Below are positions 25,344 through 34,114 of a stretch of 39,884 nt of DNA, piece by piece. The position numbers were made by a program, and so were the translations under genes. The notes beneath the pieces were generated by a model, which saw nothing but the letters and a program-made list of their open reading frames with translations, was not told where the DNA came from and searched no databases. Position 1 is the first letter of the stretch, and each line of letters opens with the position of its first letter. The DNA is from Planctomycetota bacterium (GTDB taxonomy: Bacteria > Planctomycetota > UBA1135). The stretch spans positions 1 to 39,884 of the forward strand of contig JASFYO010000037.1 of NCBI GenBank assembly GCA_045047305.1. The letters run 5' to 3'.

Positions 25344-26486
25344 GTGGTGAAAGCTAGCCTCAATTGGAACCGCGCCGCCACCTGTGCCGACCCTTTTCCT
25401 GGGGTAGAAAAAGCCATGGTGGAAGGCTTGCACGCTTTACCTGCGGACCGAGGTTCTAATGGGCAGTCGACTAAGGAGCGGATTTTTGCTGCTCGGGTAC
25501 GCGCGGCAGAACTGTTCGGCTTTTCCTACCCCGAGCGCGTCATCTTCACCACCGGCGCAACCTACGGATTAAACTTTGCGGTTCGTCAGGGCATTGAAGA
25601 CGGCGCCCATGTACTCGCCTCTGCCGTGGAACACAACTCCATGCTGCGTCCACTACATCATGCCAAGGAGCGTGGCGTAAGTATGCAAATTATTCCTTTT
25701 GGCCATAACGGCCAGCTAGATCTTGGCGTTTTGGCTACGGCCCTCGCAGAAGGAAAAGCGAGTTGGTTTACCTTGTGCGTTGCGAGCAACACCATGGGCA
25801 TTGTGCAGCCCTATGCGGAGGCTTGTCACATGGCACGCAAAGCTGGTGTCTCGGTAATATTGGATATGTCGCAGGGAGGAGGTCAAGTGCCGATTGATTT
25901 GGATTCTCTTGGAGTCGCGTATGCTGCCATCGCCGGACATAAAGGCCTGCACGCGCCACGTGGTATCGGCTTAATGTTCGTTGCCAAGAATCAAAACCCC
26001 AAAGCATTCCTCCACGGCGGCACTGGAACCGAAGGCACCCTACTTGAAATGCCCGCAGAATTGCCTGGCTGCCTGGAAGCTGGAACCTCGAACTATCCAG
26101 GCATTTTTGCCATGGGTGCGGCCTTGGATTGGCTTGCGATGCACCCACAAGACTTAAACCCAGTGCGCCAAAAGCTCGAAACTTTGGAAACTTGGTGCCG
26201 CGCCCAACCAGGCATCCAAGTCTTTCCGCAGGCGCCTTGTGCGTGGAAAAACCGCCTGGCTGTCCTAACCCTCAAACCAATCGACTTCCCTGCAGAAATG
26301 ATGGCTCAGTTCTTGGCACAAATGGGAGTGATTGCCCGCGCAGGATCCATGTGCACAACACAGGTCTTGCCCGCTGTAGATGCGGAAGATGGATTATTGC
26401 GCCTCAGCCCCCCATTGGATGCAAGTGACGATGACTTCGAACGCGTTCGCCTTGCCCTTGAACAATCGTTGGCTGCTTTCGCCTAA
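25344..26486 (+). CDS. Aminotransferase class V, cysteine desulfurase/selenocysteine lyase-like
   Basis: Contains NRAAT, EHNS, DMSQ, GHKGL (PLP Lys), GGTG, EAGTSN and RAGSMC (persulfide Cys). Start is GTG 25344 or 25347. Confidence 0.88.
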   Translation: MVKASLNWNRAATCADPFPGVEKAMVEGLHALPADRGSNGQSTKERIFAARVRAAELFGFSYPERVIFTTGATYGLNFAVRQGIEDGAHVLASAVEHNSMLRPLHHAKERGVSMQIIPFGHNGQLDLGVLATALAEGKASWFTLCVASNTMGIVQPYAEACHMARKAGVSVILDMSQGGGQVPIDLDSLGVAYAAIAGHKGLHAPRGIGLMFVAKNQNPKAFLHGGTGTEGTLLEMPAELPGCLEAGTSNYPGIFAMGAALDWLAMHPQDLNPVRQKLETLETWCRAQPGIQVFPQAPCAWKNRLAVLTLKPIDFPAEMMAQFLAQMGVIARAGSMCTTQVLPAVDAEDGLLRLSPPLDASDDDFERVRLALEQSLAAFA

Positions 26487-26488
26487 AT

Positions 26489-27106
26489 ATGTATTCCCAA
26501 CCCTACCCATGTGATGCAATTTTGCTCGCAGCCGGCTCAGGCCGACGCTTGGGCATGCCCAAGGCATTCCTTGAGCTCAAAGGCACATGGATGCTCCCGC
26601 GTCTGGTCGAGGCCCTTCACCAAGGGGGCTGTCGCAATATTCATGTTGTAGTGCGTGAACAAGATGTTGTGCAGCTGAAAAGGCGCAACGACTGGAAGCA
26701 TGCGAGTTTCGTGGTGAATCCAGATCCAAATGCAGGACGCACTGGTAGCGCACTTTGTGGACTCGCTGCTCTTAATCATGCCGACGCAGTCATGGTCCAC
26801 TCCTGCGACATCCCCTTACTCAGCGCAGATGCGGTTGCACAACTCCTCCATGCCTGGCGTCAATGTGATCAGCCCGATCGAGCGCTCGCTCGCCTAACGA
26901 CTCCGGGAGGGAAAGGTGGACACCCTCTTTTGCTTGGAAAAAACCAAGTACAAACCTTACGTGATTTCGAATTAAAACAATCGATGCGCGATTTGTTGCG
27001 CCAGGACCCAACTTCTGTCTTAAACGTAGTCCGACGTGGTGATCCAGGGCCGTTTTTCGACGTCAATACGCGAGAGCAACTAGAACTCTTAGAGTCCCTG
27101 CTCTAA
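26489..27106 (+). CDS. MocA/YgfJ-like nucleotidyltransferase (NTP_transf_3)
   Basis: Contains ILLAAGSGRRLGMPKA, NPD...G...S, CDIP, GGHP and DVNT. Confidence 0.88.
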   Translation: MYSQPYPCDAILLAAGSGRRLGMPKAFLELKGTWMLPRLVEALHQGGCRNIHVVVREQDVVQLKRRNDWKHASFVVNPDPNAGRTGSALCGLAALNHADAVMVHSCDIPLLSADAVAQLLHAWRQCDQPDRALARLTTPGGKGGHPLLLGKNQVQTLRDFELKQSMRDLLRQDPTSVLNVVRRGDPGPFFDVNTREQLELLESLL

Positions 27107-27116
27107 TCCAGCTAAC

Positions 27117-28064
27117 TTATTGCACCACTGCAGAGACAGGGTCTGTAATTCGCGCAGTCAACCCATCAATCTCAATACCTTGAGCAAAAATGGTGCGGCC
27201 AAGACTAGCCGGTGGCAGGGTAATCGTTAGAGAGACAAGCCCACCGGGATCCGCAACCAACGGCAAAGGCGGAATAATAAAAACCGGACTCGCCAAGCCT
27301 AAATCACCAAAAACAGAAGGAGTCGTGCCAAGCCCCGCAATCGATAGAGCGAAATGAGCAAGAGTGCCAACGGTAACGTTAGTCATTTCGAATGTTCCGT
27401 ATTGCCCCGCCTGAAGGCTTACAATATTGGCCGACGGCGCTGCGGGAGTGTAATACAAAGTTCCATTCCACTCACGAAAGTAAAAGGTACTAGCCCATGT
27501 GGATTTCCCAAAGTAGGTTTCCAAGCTGAGGTCTGCATTGGAAAAAATAGTCGGGCCACCATTGGTATAAGAAACTGAGTTGGTCGGTACGTCGACAAAA
27601 ATTCCATAGACCACACCAGCTTCAAAAACCACGCCATTGCCGGCAAAGCTCACATTGGTTGGAAAGCCGAGACCAGCCCCCACACCGCTCGCAACACCAA
27701 GCAAAGTCCAGGCAGTAGAGTCCGATTCAAATCCATCACATGTGCCAACCTTGTACCACAGGTTCACGTCGACAGGAAAGCCCGTGGTCGAAATGTGAAT
27801 ATCAAGGCATTCAATAAACATATTGATGTTGGGCGTGATGTTGAACATATTACCACCAGAACCATTACCAGCAAGGTAGTGGGTGGTCAGGAATGTATTG
27901 GTGCATCCCGTTCCAAGACTAAGCGTGTTTCCGCTTGCAAGCATGGGAGAGGAAAGCTGACCATCGTCTTGGCGCTTAACGGTTTGCGCCGTAAGGCTTG
28001 ACAAACCAATAAGGAATGCGAGACAAAGGGCTGGGGCGTATATCAGTGTTGGGGGGAGCTTCAT
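27117..28064 (-). CDS. Secreted beta-rich protein with conserved C-terminal domain
   Basis: Signal peptide (LTA|Q), passenger domain GNGSGGNMF...YTNG...REWNGTLYY, and a C-terminal domain homologous to that of 31711..32574. Confidence 0.8.
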   Translation of the reverse strand: MKLPPTLIYAPALCLAFLIGLSSLTAQTVKRQDDGQLSSPMLASGNTLSLGTGCTNTFLTTHYLAGNGSGGNMFNITPNINMFIECLDIHISTTGFPVDVNLWYKVGTCDGFESDSTAWTLLGVASGVGAGLGFPTNVSFAGNGVVFEAGVVYGIFVDVPTNSVSYTNGGPTIFSNADLSLETYFGKSTWASTFYFREWNGTLYYTPAAPSANIVSLQAGQYGTFEMTNVTVGTLAHFALSIAGLGTTPSVFGDLGLASPVFIIPPLPLVADPGGLVSLTITLPPASLGRTIFAQGIEIDGLTARITDPVSAVVQ

Positions 28065-28131
28065 GACGCTTAGAACGGTTTATCAACCATACGCGACAAA
28101 GCCCCCTCATTTTCAGCAAAAACCAAAAAAA

Positions 28132-29532
28132 TCACTTATCCCAGCCGTAATCAGAGCTGAGCAGAAACTCAGCGAGATCGCGATAAAGAACATGGTCCAA
28201 GGCATAATCCTTGGGCAAGCCTTCCAGGCCTGGATAGGAGGTGGAAAGGCTAACACGGTTTTTCGCGGCAAGAGAATTACCGACTAAGACGTAGGCTGTC
28301 CATCTCGCCCCTTCAGCATCCAAGTATCCTCTCCAGCCTCCTCCGAGATCACGCACCCAAATTTTGAGCCAGTGCTGTCGCAGCCCGGGAGATTCAAGTC
28401 CATGGTTTGCAAATTTCCAGATTGGCACCAACCGATGCCGTTCCACGGCTGAAGCATTTTCAAAGGATTTTTTAATCAAATTCCGATCAGCTTCCATTCC
28501 CCCTAGAGCAAGAACTGTGGCCGCGGCCCAACGATCTTGAAAGGAAACTGCGGTTTGAAAAGTACTTCGAGCAGCCATGAGATAGTTTTGCGCGGCCGTT
28601 TTGGCTTGCTTCCAATCTCGATTTGCAAGACTCAGAATGCCACAAACCTGGTAAGTGGCTAACTTCGCTGAATTGGGTGGCGGAAGTTCCAGACCTAGAT
28701 CACCGGCAGCCCCCCATAACCATTTTCGTTCCAAAGCGCCCACCGCCCGAGTTTGGAAATGAAAAAACAAACCTTGACGTTGATTTGCCGGAACTTCATA
28801 CAAGGAAAGAACCATGCCAATCTGTTCACCGACCAAAGCCATGCTTTGAATCGCCTTTCGCGGCCGGGGTGGTGCACGCCTTGCTGTCATAAACCACATT
28901 GCTGGAAAATCAAAATTGGTTTGATTCATGACCAAATCAGTGGGCACTGATGCTTTGCTCGGGTCAGCGGCAATGAGGAATCGTAAGCCAGCTGAAATTT
29001 GCGAAGATCCAACCATCGGATTCCCAGTCAGGGCTAGGGCAGCATCCAAAAAAGAAGTCAAAGACGATTCCTTGTCCGCCACCAAGAGAGATGGCCACGG
29101 AGCCACGGTCAGGCGCTCTGGTCGAGTTAATAATCCAGCAAGAAGACATCCCTTTTCAAAGGGTGTGGAGCCACGCGACCAATCCTTATCAGCATCTACC
29201 CCAGCAGTAGGATGAAAGGAACCATAAAGCAAAAGTGCGAAAGCGCGTTGAGGATCTGCTTTGCGGCCCTTGCGCGCTGCTTTCTCAAGAACAGCATAAG
29301 TTTGAGGAGTCCCCATAAGGCCAGCCGCCAATAGAATGGCACGTTGCCGTTGCGCAGTCCCTTTCCCTGCCTTGGCTAACAACCAAGCCTCGGCGCGTTC
29401 ATCGCCGTTAGCAACTTCATGCGCTGCGGCAAAACGCGTAAGCACATCATCGGAGTCCAATGCTCGCTGCAATGCTTGCGTCGGTTCCTGCAGACAAGTA
29501 AGCAGGAGAAGGGAGAAGGTGGAAAGAAACAT
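28132..29532 (-). CDS. Exported alpha-helical (HEAT-like) hypothetical protein
   Basis: GGAG RBS before ATG 29532, short hydrophobic N-terminus, and a HEAT-like segment ALDSDDVLTRFAAA. Confidence 0.7.
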   Translation of the reverse strand: MFLSTFSLLLLTCLQEPTQALQRALDSDDVLTRFAAAHEVANGDERAEAWLLAKAGKGTAQRQRAILLAAGLMGTPQTYAVLEKAARKGRKADPQRAFALLLYGSFHPTAGVDADKDWSRGSTPFEKGCLLAGLLTRPERLTVAPWPSLLVADKESSLTSFLDAALALTGNPMVGSSQISAGLRFLIAADPSKASVPTDLVMNQTNFDFPAMWFMTARRAPPRPRKAIQSMALVGEQIGMVLSLYEVPANQRQGLFFHFQTRAVGALERKWLWGAAGDLGLELPPPNSAKLATYQVCGILSLANRDWKQAKTAAQNYLMAARSTFQTAVSFQDRWAAATVLALGGMEADRNLIKKSFENASAVERHRLVPIWKFANHGLESPGLRQHWLKIWVRDLGGGWRGYLDAEGARWTAYVLVGNSLAAKNRVSLSTSYPGLEGLPKDYALDHVLYRDLAEFLLSSDYGWDK

Positions 29533-29581
29533 GGTGTTCTCTCCACCTAGCATAACGGACGGACTTTGAGTTTCCTTACTA

Positions 29582-30769
29582 TTACTCCACTCGAATAGCG
29601 ACTGGAGAACTCCAACCCATGCCATGCGCAAAAACTTGATACCAAAGCATGACAGAAGTCATGCCTGCAGGCAGGCTAGGAGTCCGTGCCATATAGGATG
29701 CCCCACCATTGCTATCAGCAAACAGAGGACTTGCACTAGGGGCCGGCCAACGGTGAATCGGTGGCACCCCTAAATCTAGAACTGCATAGCCCACTCCCCC
29801 CCTTGTACTCGTCACGACTTGGTACTGAGGTCCAGCCATACCACTAAGTCGAGTGCCCGCCGCAGCATGACGCACGCGTAGTTGAAAGGATTCACCCGGA
29901 TGCAGGTAGTTTACGTCGGTGGACAGAATGACGGGTTGTTCCAATTCTGCAGGAATAAAACTTAGGGCATCAATCTCTGTAGAAATCTGGAAACCCCAAT
30001 CATCTTCTTCCCAGCCAACAAGGATAGTTCCGTTTTGATCCGCTGCGAAAACGGTGGCGTCAATGGAACTTGGTGATTGAACGGTGAATAACATCTCACC
30101 AGTCACAGGGTGAAATGAAAGCGCCTTCACATCGCCGATTGCTGAAGCGGAACCAGTAGCGTTAGTTACCCATGCCTGCACTTCCGCTTCGGTGGCAATG
30201 AGACTTATGCTTCCTGCAGAAATATCCCACTCCAGGACATCTCCGTCCGACAAGTCCCCCAATACCGTGCCCACGAGGCCATCTTTCAATGAAAAACGGT
30301 AAACCGAAGCAGACACAAAGGCCAGTGCGTCGATATCAAGGCTACCACTACTAGGAAGCAAAACCGCCTCCAGCTCCGTTTCGCTGTGCAAGACTTGCAT
30401 CCCACCGTTTCGTGAGAGATGCAAAATATCGCCATCTTGAAAGCCAAGAAAATCCCGGTCGGAGGAAAAGGCGAGGTCAAAAATGCTTGGAGTTTGAGTC
30501 CCGACGCTTGGGAGATAGGTCACGGCATCAATCCCATCCGGCAAGTCAAAGACGCCATCGGCATTGCTGTCGCCCATGTGACTCATCCAGGTCTGTTGCG
30601 GTGCAAACACCCTGGCCCAAAGGTCTGTATCAGAGCGACGGAGAATGGCTTCATCGCGACATATATTGTCTTGAGGTAGCCGAGAATCAGCGCTGGTCGA
30701 CGCCAAGGCTTGCAAAGAGGGAGCTTGGCCCTGACTTGCAAAAAGAAGTACGAGTGTTGTGACAATCAT
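29582..30769 (-). CDS. Secreted protein with internal IDAL/DGD repeats and C-terminal domain
   Basis: Hydrophobic N-terminus MIVTTLVLLFASQ, repeats IDAVTY/IDALAF/VKALSF/IDALSF, and a DSNADG motif. Start moved to 30769 to avoid overlap with the divergent gene. Confidence 0.75.
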   Translation of the reverse strand: MIVTTLVLLFASQGQAPSLQALASTSADSRLPQDNICRDEAILRRSDTDLWARVFAPQQTWMSHMGDSNADGVFDLPDGIDAVTYLPSVGTQTPSIFDLAFSSDRDFLGFQDGDILHLSRNGGMQVLHSETELEAVLLPSSGSLDIDALAFVSASVYRFSLKDGLVGTVLGDLSDGDVLEWDISAGSISLIATEAEVQAWVTNATGSASAIGDVKALSFHPVTGEMLFTVQSPSSIDATVFAADQNGTILVGWEEDDWGFQISTEIDALSFIPAELEQPVILSTDVNYLHPGESFQLRVRHAAAGTRLSGMAGPQYQVVTSTRGGVGYAVLDLGVPPIHRWPAPSASPLFADSNGGASYMARTPSLPAGMTSVMLWYQVFAHGMGWSSPVAIRVE

Positions 30770-30822
30770 GACACGCTGAAGACGGCGTCGCCATCCCGGA
30801 GGCACACTGATATCCTGCCAAT

Positions 30823-31620
30823 ATGTTGTTGTCGCTTCTCCTGCAGATTGCCACCTTGCTGCCGCCCAGCCCGACTTGGAACACAGAGGCAAAGGTTGAT
30901 TATCTTCAAGCGGTGCAGCAGTTGGCACGCATGGAATTGTGGAAGGAAGAAGCCACCGACTCCCTTCATGCAATGACTTTGGACCAACAAGCCGGATTAA
31001 GATGGTTGCTGCAATCAGGGACCGATGCCGAAGTTCGACTCAGCACTATTTTGGCCGCAGGATGTAGCGGTGATTCCACTCTTGGTTACAGTTTATGGCG
31101 TCGCGCTGGCATGGAGCAGAATGAAACGAGAACCATTGCATGCCTACTTGCCCCCAAGACCGTCCCACCAGATGTCCTACCCATGCTTGCGTGGATAGCT
31201 GCCGACCCCCAACGTAGTCTTCCTCAACGCGCCACAGCTCTCGCACGTTTACTCGATGCAGATCAATTCGCAACCTGGCCCATGGTGCGCTCCATTCTGC
31301 GCACCGGCACTGCTGCAGACGTAATGGCGCCAGGCGCCGATTGGAAACGTGATGGTCGCTATGAACTACCCAAACGTATATTGCTGCTTTCGATCCAACA
31401 CCTACTACAACGTCATGGGTTTGATGAAACAAGTTTTGAACCCAATTCAGCATGGCCTAAACAATTGTCCCAGCTAGCCGACTTAGAGAATTCCATGCAG
31501 TCCATGGCGTCAACCAAAAGGTCGGTAGCCAGCAACTCCGCTGCCACATGGCAAAGGTTGCAAGACTTACATGCGGACGGTAACAAACTTGCCACGATTG
31601 CCATGAGTCTCTTAGATTAG
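30823..31620 (+). CDS. Exported helical hypothetical protein
   Basis: 265-aa ORF with a short hydrophobic N-terminus and HEAT-like segments. TATCCT lies 6 nt upstream of the ATG. Confidence 0.65.
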   Translation: MLLSLLLQIATLLPPSPTWNTEAKVDYLQAVQQLARMELWKEEATDSLHAMTLDQQAGLRWLLQSGTDAEVRLSTILAAGCSGDSTLGYSLWRRAGMEQNETRTIACLLAPKTVPPDVLPMLAWIAADPQRSLPQRATALARLLDADQFATWPMVRSILRTGTAADVMAPGADWKRDGRYELPKRILLLSIQHLLQRHGFDETSFEPNSAWPKQLSQLADLENSMQSMASTKRSVASNSAATWQRLQDLHADGNKLATIAMSLLD

Positions 31621-31657
31621 GTCGCTCACGTCAGGCGAGGCGGGCCAGTGCAGTACG

Positions 31658-31690
31658 AAAAAGGCGGCCTCCCCTTTCGGAGAAGCCGCC
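31658..31690 (-). terminator. Rho-independent terminator
   Basis: The minus strand reads GGCGGCTTCTCC-GAAA-GGGGAGGCCGCC-TTTTT, 20 nt after the stop at 31711. Confidence 0.9.
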
Positions 31691-31710
31691 AAGTTGAGAA
31701 CTATCTTCTC

Positions 31711-32574
31711 TTACAGAACCAACTCAGCCAAGGAGTTGCTCAAACCTCCGGATGCAAGGTCCAAGCACTGGGTGTAAAGGGTCAAACCAGCTGCCGAACC
31801 AGGTACGGTTGGGGAGAAGCTTGCATCGCCTGCACCGCTTGCAGTGATGGTTGCCAGAGTGTTGATTGGAGCACTCATGTCTACCATGCCGTAAACCGTG
31901 CTAGTTGGGCCAGCACCGGTGAGCGAGTAACCAATAATGACACTGCCGCCAGCAGAAGCTCCAGTTACGGAGAATACAGCTACTTGGCCTGCAACAAGGT
32001 TGGTGATTGCGTAGGTAAGTCCACCACCGCCACCGCCACCTGGCTGATCATCAACCACGATGTTATCTACGAGCCAATCCTGATCGTAGGTCCCGTAAAG
32101 GTGCGCACCAAGTTGCACGTTGGCCATGCCAGCCCATGCGGAGAGGTCCACATCGACGGAAATGAGAACATCATCCACCGTTGCCACATCAATCCAAACT
32201 TGAGTCCAGGTGAGGCCTCCATCGGTGGTGATTTCCATAGTGGAAATGCCATCGCCAATGCTGTTGGGGTGATTCGCCATCCACATGGTGTAGTGAGTTT
32301 GGCTGTTAAAGTGCAAGTAGGCATTGGTGAGTCCGCTAAGGTCCATGACTGGAGTCATGAGGGTGTTATCGGAATCGGCAATGAATTCATCATCGTGCCA
32401 AGCGTTACCCAAGCCGTCTGCTTGCCAACCAATGGTTGGAAGGCCATTGTTATTTACATTGGCCCATCCGGCTGGAGGAACAATACCAGCGTTGAAGTCC
32501 TCAGAGAGGATCGTGGTTTGGGCAGAAAGGCTGCCTGCGAATGCCAAAATGGCAAGGGATGTTAAAATTTTCAT
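31711..32574 (-). CDS. Secreted cleaved-adhesin/choice-of-anchor-J-like protein with Gly7 linker and C-terminal domain
   Basis: AGGAGA RBS and signal peptide (LSA|Q). The pattern SEDF..GI.P.GW, LMTPVMDLSG, TDGG.TWT, VDLSAWAG and WLVDNI is typical of cleaved-adhesin/MAM-like domains. Confidence 0.8.
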   Translation of the reverse strand: MKILTSLAILAFAGSLSAQTTILSEDFNAGIVPPAGWANVNNNGLPTIGWQADGLGNAWHDDEFIADSDNTLMTPVMDLSGLTNAYLHFNSQTHYTMWMANHPNSIGDGISTMEITTDGGLTWTQVWIDVATVDDVLISVDVDLSAWAGMANVQLGAHLYGTYDQDWLVDNIVVDDQPGGGGGGGLTYAITNLVAGQVAVFSVTGASAGGSVIIGYSLTGAGPTSTVYGMVDMSAPINTLATITASGAGDASFSPTVPGSAAGLTLYTQCLDLASGGLSNSLAELVL

Positions 32575-32813
32575 CACTAAATTCTCCTGGAGAGACTGGG
32601 GAAAGGGGGTAGTGGCTATTGAGGCATGAGCCACAACGCAACCGAGACTTGTATTGAGGTTACTGGGGTTTTGGAGTTTTACCAACTTCAATCTTCTCCA
32701 ATCAAGACGAAAGACGCCTGAAACCCCTTTGAAAGCCATAGCCTAAAACGATTCGGCACCATGCCTCCCCATTCACGAGGAGGTTCGCAAGCCAAATCGA
32801 CCCTCGATAAGAC

Positions 32814-34109
32814 TTAGGGCATCAATCGAGTCATCGTGCGTGGGAATGGAATGCACTCCCGCACGTGCTCGACACCGGTAATCCAAGAAACGGTTCTTTC
32901 CAATCCAATTCCGAATCCGCCATGCGGCACACTGCCATATTTGCGCAGATCCAGGTACCACTTAAAAGCTTCTTCGGGAAGCTCATGCGCATGGATCCGA
33001 TCAAGAAGAACTTGCGCGTCTTCTTCACGCACCGCCCCTCCCACGATTTCTCCAGCCGTCGGCGCAATAATGTCGACGCCAAGCGCATGGCCTTCCCCAT
33101 CTTGTTTCATGTAGAAGGCTTTCACTTCAGCGGGCCAATGGGTCACCATGACTGCGCACCCAAAGTGCTCGCCCAACATGGTTTCATCGGGTGCACCAAG
33201 ATCATCTCCAGGGCGGAAGTCGGATTCATACTTTCCTTCTTCCTGCCACTTCATGAGCATGACGGCAACATCATCGTATTTAAGCCGTGGGAACTCACGG
33301 TCCCATGCGCGCAATTGCTCGGGGTCACGTTCTAGGTCCTCAAGGTCTTGCATGTTGTGCTCCAGCACCTGTTGCAAGGTGTAGCGCAGCATGTTCTCCG
33401 CGACATCACAGACCTCGTCTAAATCAGCAAATGCAATCTCTGGCTCTAACATCCAGAACTCGGTCAAGTGACGGCGGGTTTTGGATTTCTCCGCGCGGAA
33501 AGTTGGACCAAAGCAATAAACCTTGCCCAGGGCCATGGCACTAGCCTCAGCGTAAAGCTGCCCAGACTGGGTCAGGTAGGCGGTTTCGTCGAAGTACTTG
33601 GTTTCGAATAGAGTCGACGTTCCTTCACAAGCGTTGGGCGTAAAGATCGGCGAATCGACGCAATAGAAGCCGTCGTTATCTAGATAATCGCGAAAGGATT
33701 TCAGGATTCGATGGCGAATACGCAGAATCGCCATTTGACGTTTACTCCGCAACCACAGATGACGATGATCCATCAGGAAACCTGGGCCATGCTCCTTAGG
33801 CGTGATGGGATATGGATCAGCCACGTGGATGACTTCCAAATCAGTGGCCACCACTTCGACGCCGCCTGGTGCGCGGTCGTCCGCCTTTGCGATGCCGTGG
33901 ATGATGATGGACGATTCTTGAGTGAGCCCCTTCGCGGCTTCAAAGGCCTCTTCCGATACCTGGTTTTTCATCACCAGGCACTGGCAAATGCCACTTCCGT
34001 CACGCAACAACAGGAAAAGCATTTTGCCTTTCCCGCGTTTGTTGTAGAGCCAACCTTTAAGAGTGACGGCTTGGCCGTCTTGGGATTTCAGATCTTTTAC
34101 GCGGACCAC
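32814..34109 (-). CDS. asnS: Asparagine--tRNA ligase
   Basis: OB fold [18 protein letters not shown], motif 2 [21 protein letters not shown], and motif 3 [10 protein letters not shown]. Confidence 0.95.
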   Translation of the reverse strand: MVRVKDLKSQDGQAVTLKGWLYNKRGKGKMLFLLLRDGSGICQCLVMKNQVSEEAFEAAKGLTQESSIIIHGIAKADDRAPGGVEVVATDLEVIHVADPYPITPKEHGPGFLMDHRHLWLRSKRQMAILRIRHRILKSFRDYLDNDGFYCVDSPIFTPNACEGTSTLFETKYFDETAYLTQSGQLYAEASAMALGKVYCFGPTFRAEKSKTRRHLTEFWMLEPEIAFADLDEVCDVAENMLRYTLQQVLEHNMQDLEDLERDPEQLRAWDREFPRLKYDDVAVMLMKWQEEGKYESDFRPGDDLGAPDETMLGEHFGCAVMVTHWPAEVKAFYMKQDGEGHALGVDIIAPTAGEIVGGAVREEDAQVLLDRIHAHELPEEAFKWYLDLRKYGSVPHGGFGIGLERTVSWITGVEHVRECIPFPRTMTRLMP

Positions 34110-34114
34110 GGTAT

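Noticed and set aside
32020..32040. GGY trinucleotide-like repeat as a contingency locus
   Set aside because: Mixed Gly codons encode a Gly7 linker; this is not a perfect repeat.
31648..32565. 305-aa plus-strand ORF
   Set aside because: Antisense shadow of the secreted protein, which has an RBS, signal peptide and terminator on the minus strand.
32575..32813. Long intergenic region as a riboswitch or ncRNA
   Set aside because: Only short hairpins are present (e.g. CCTCCTCG/TGGGGAGG, GTGGCT/AGCCAC), with no riboswitch consensus I can recognise. An Rfam search would be needed.
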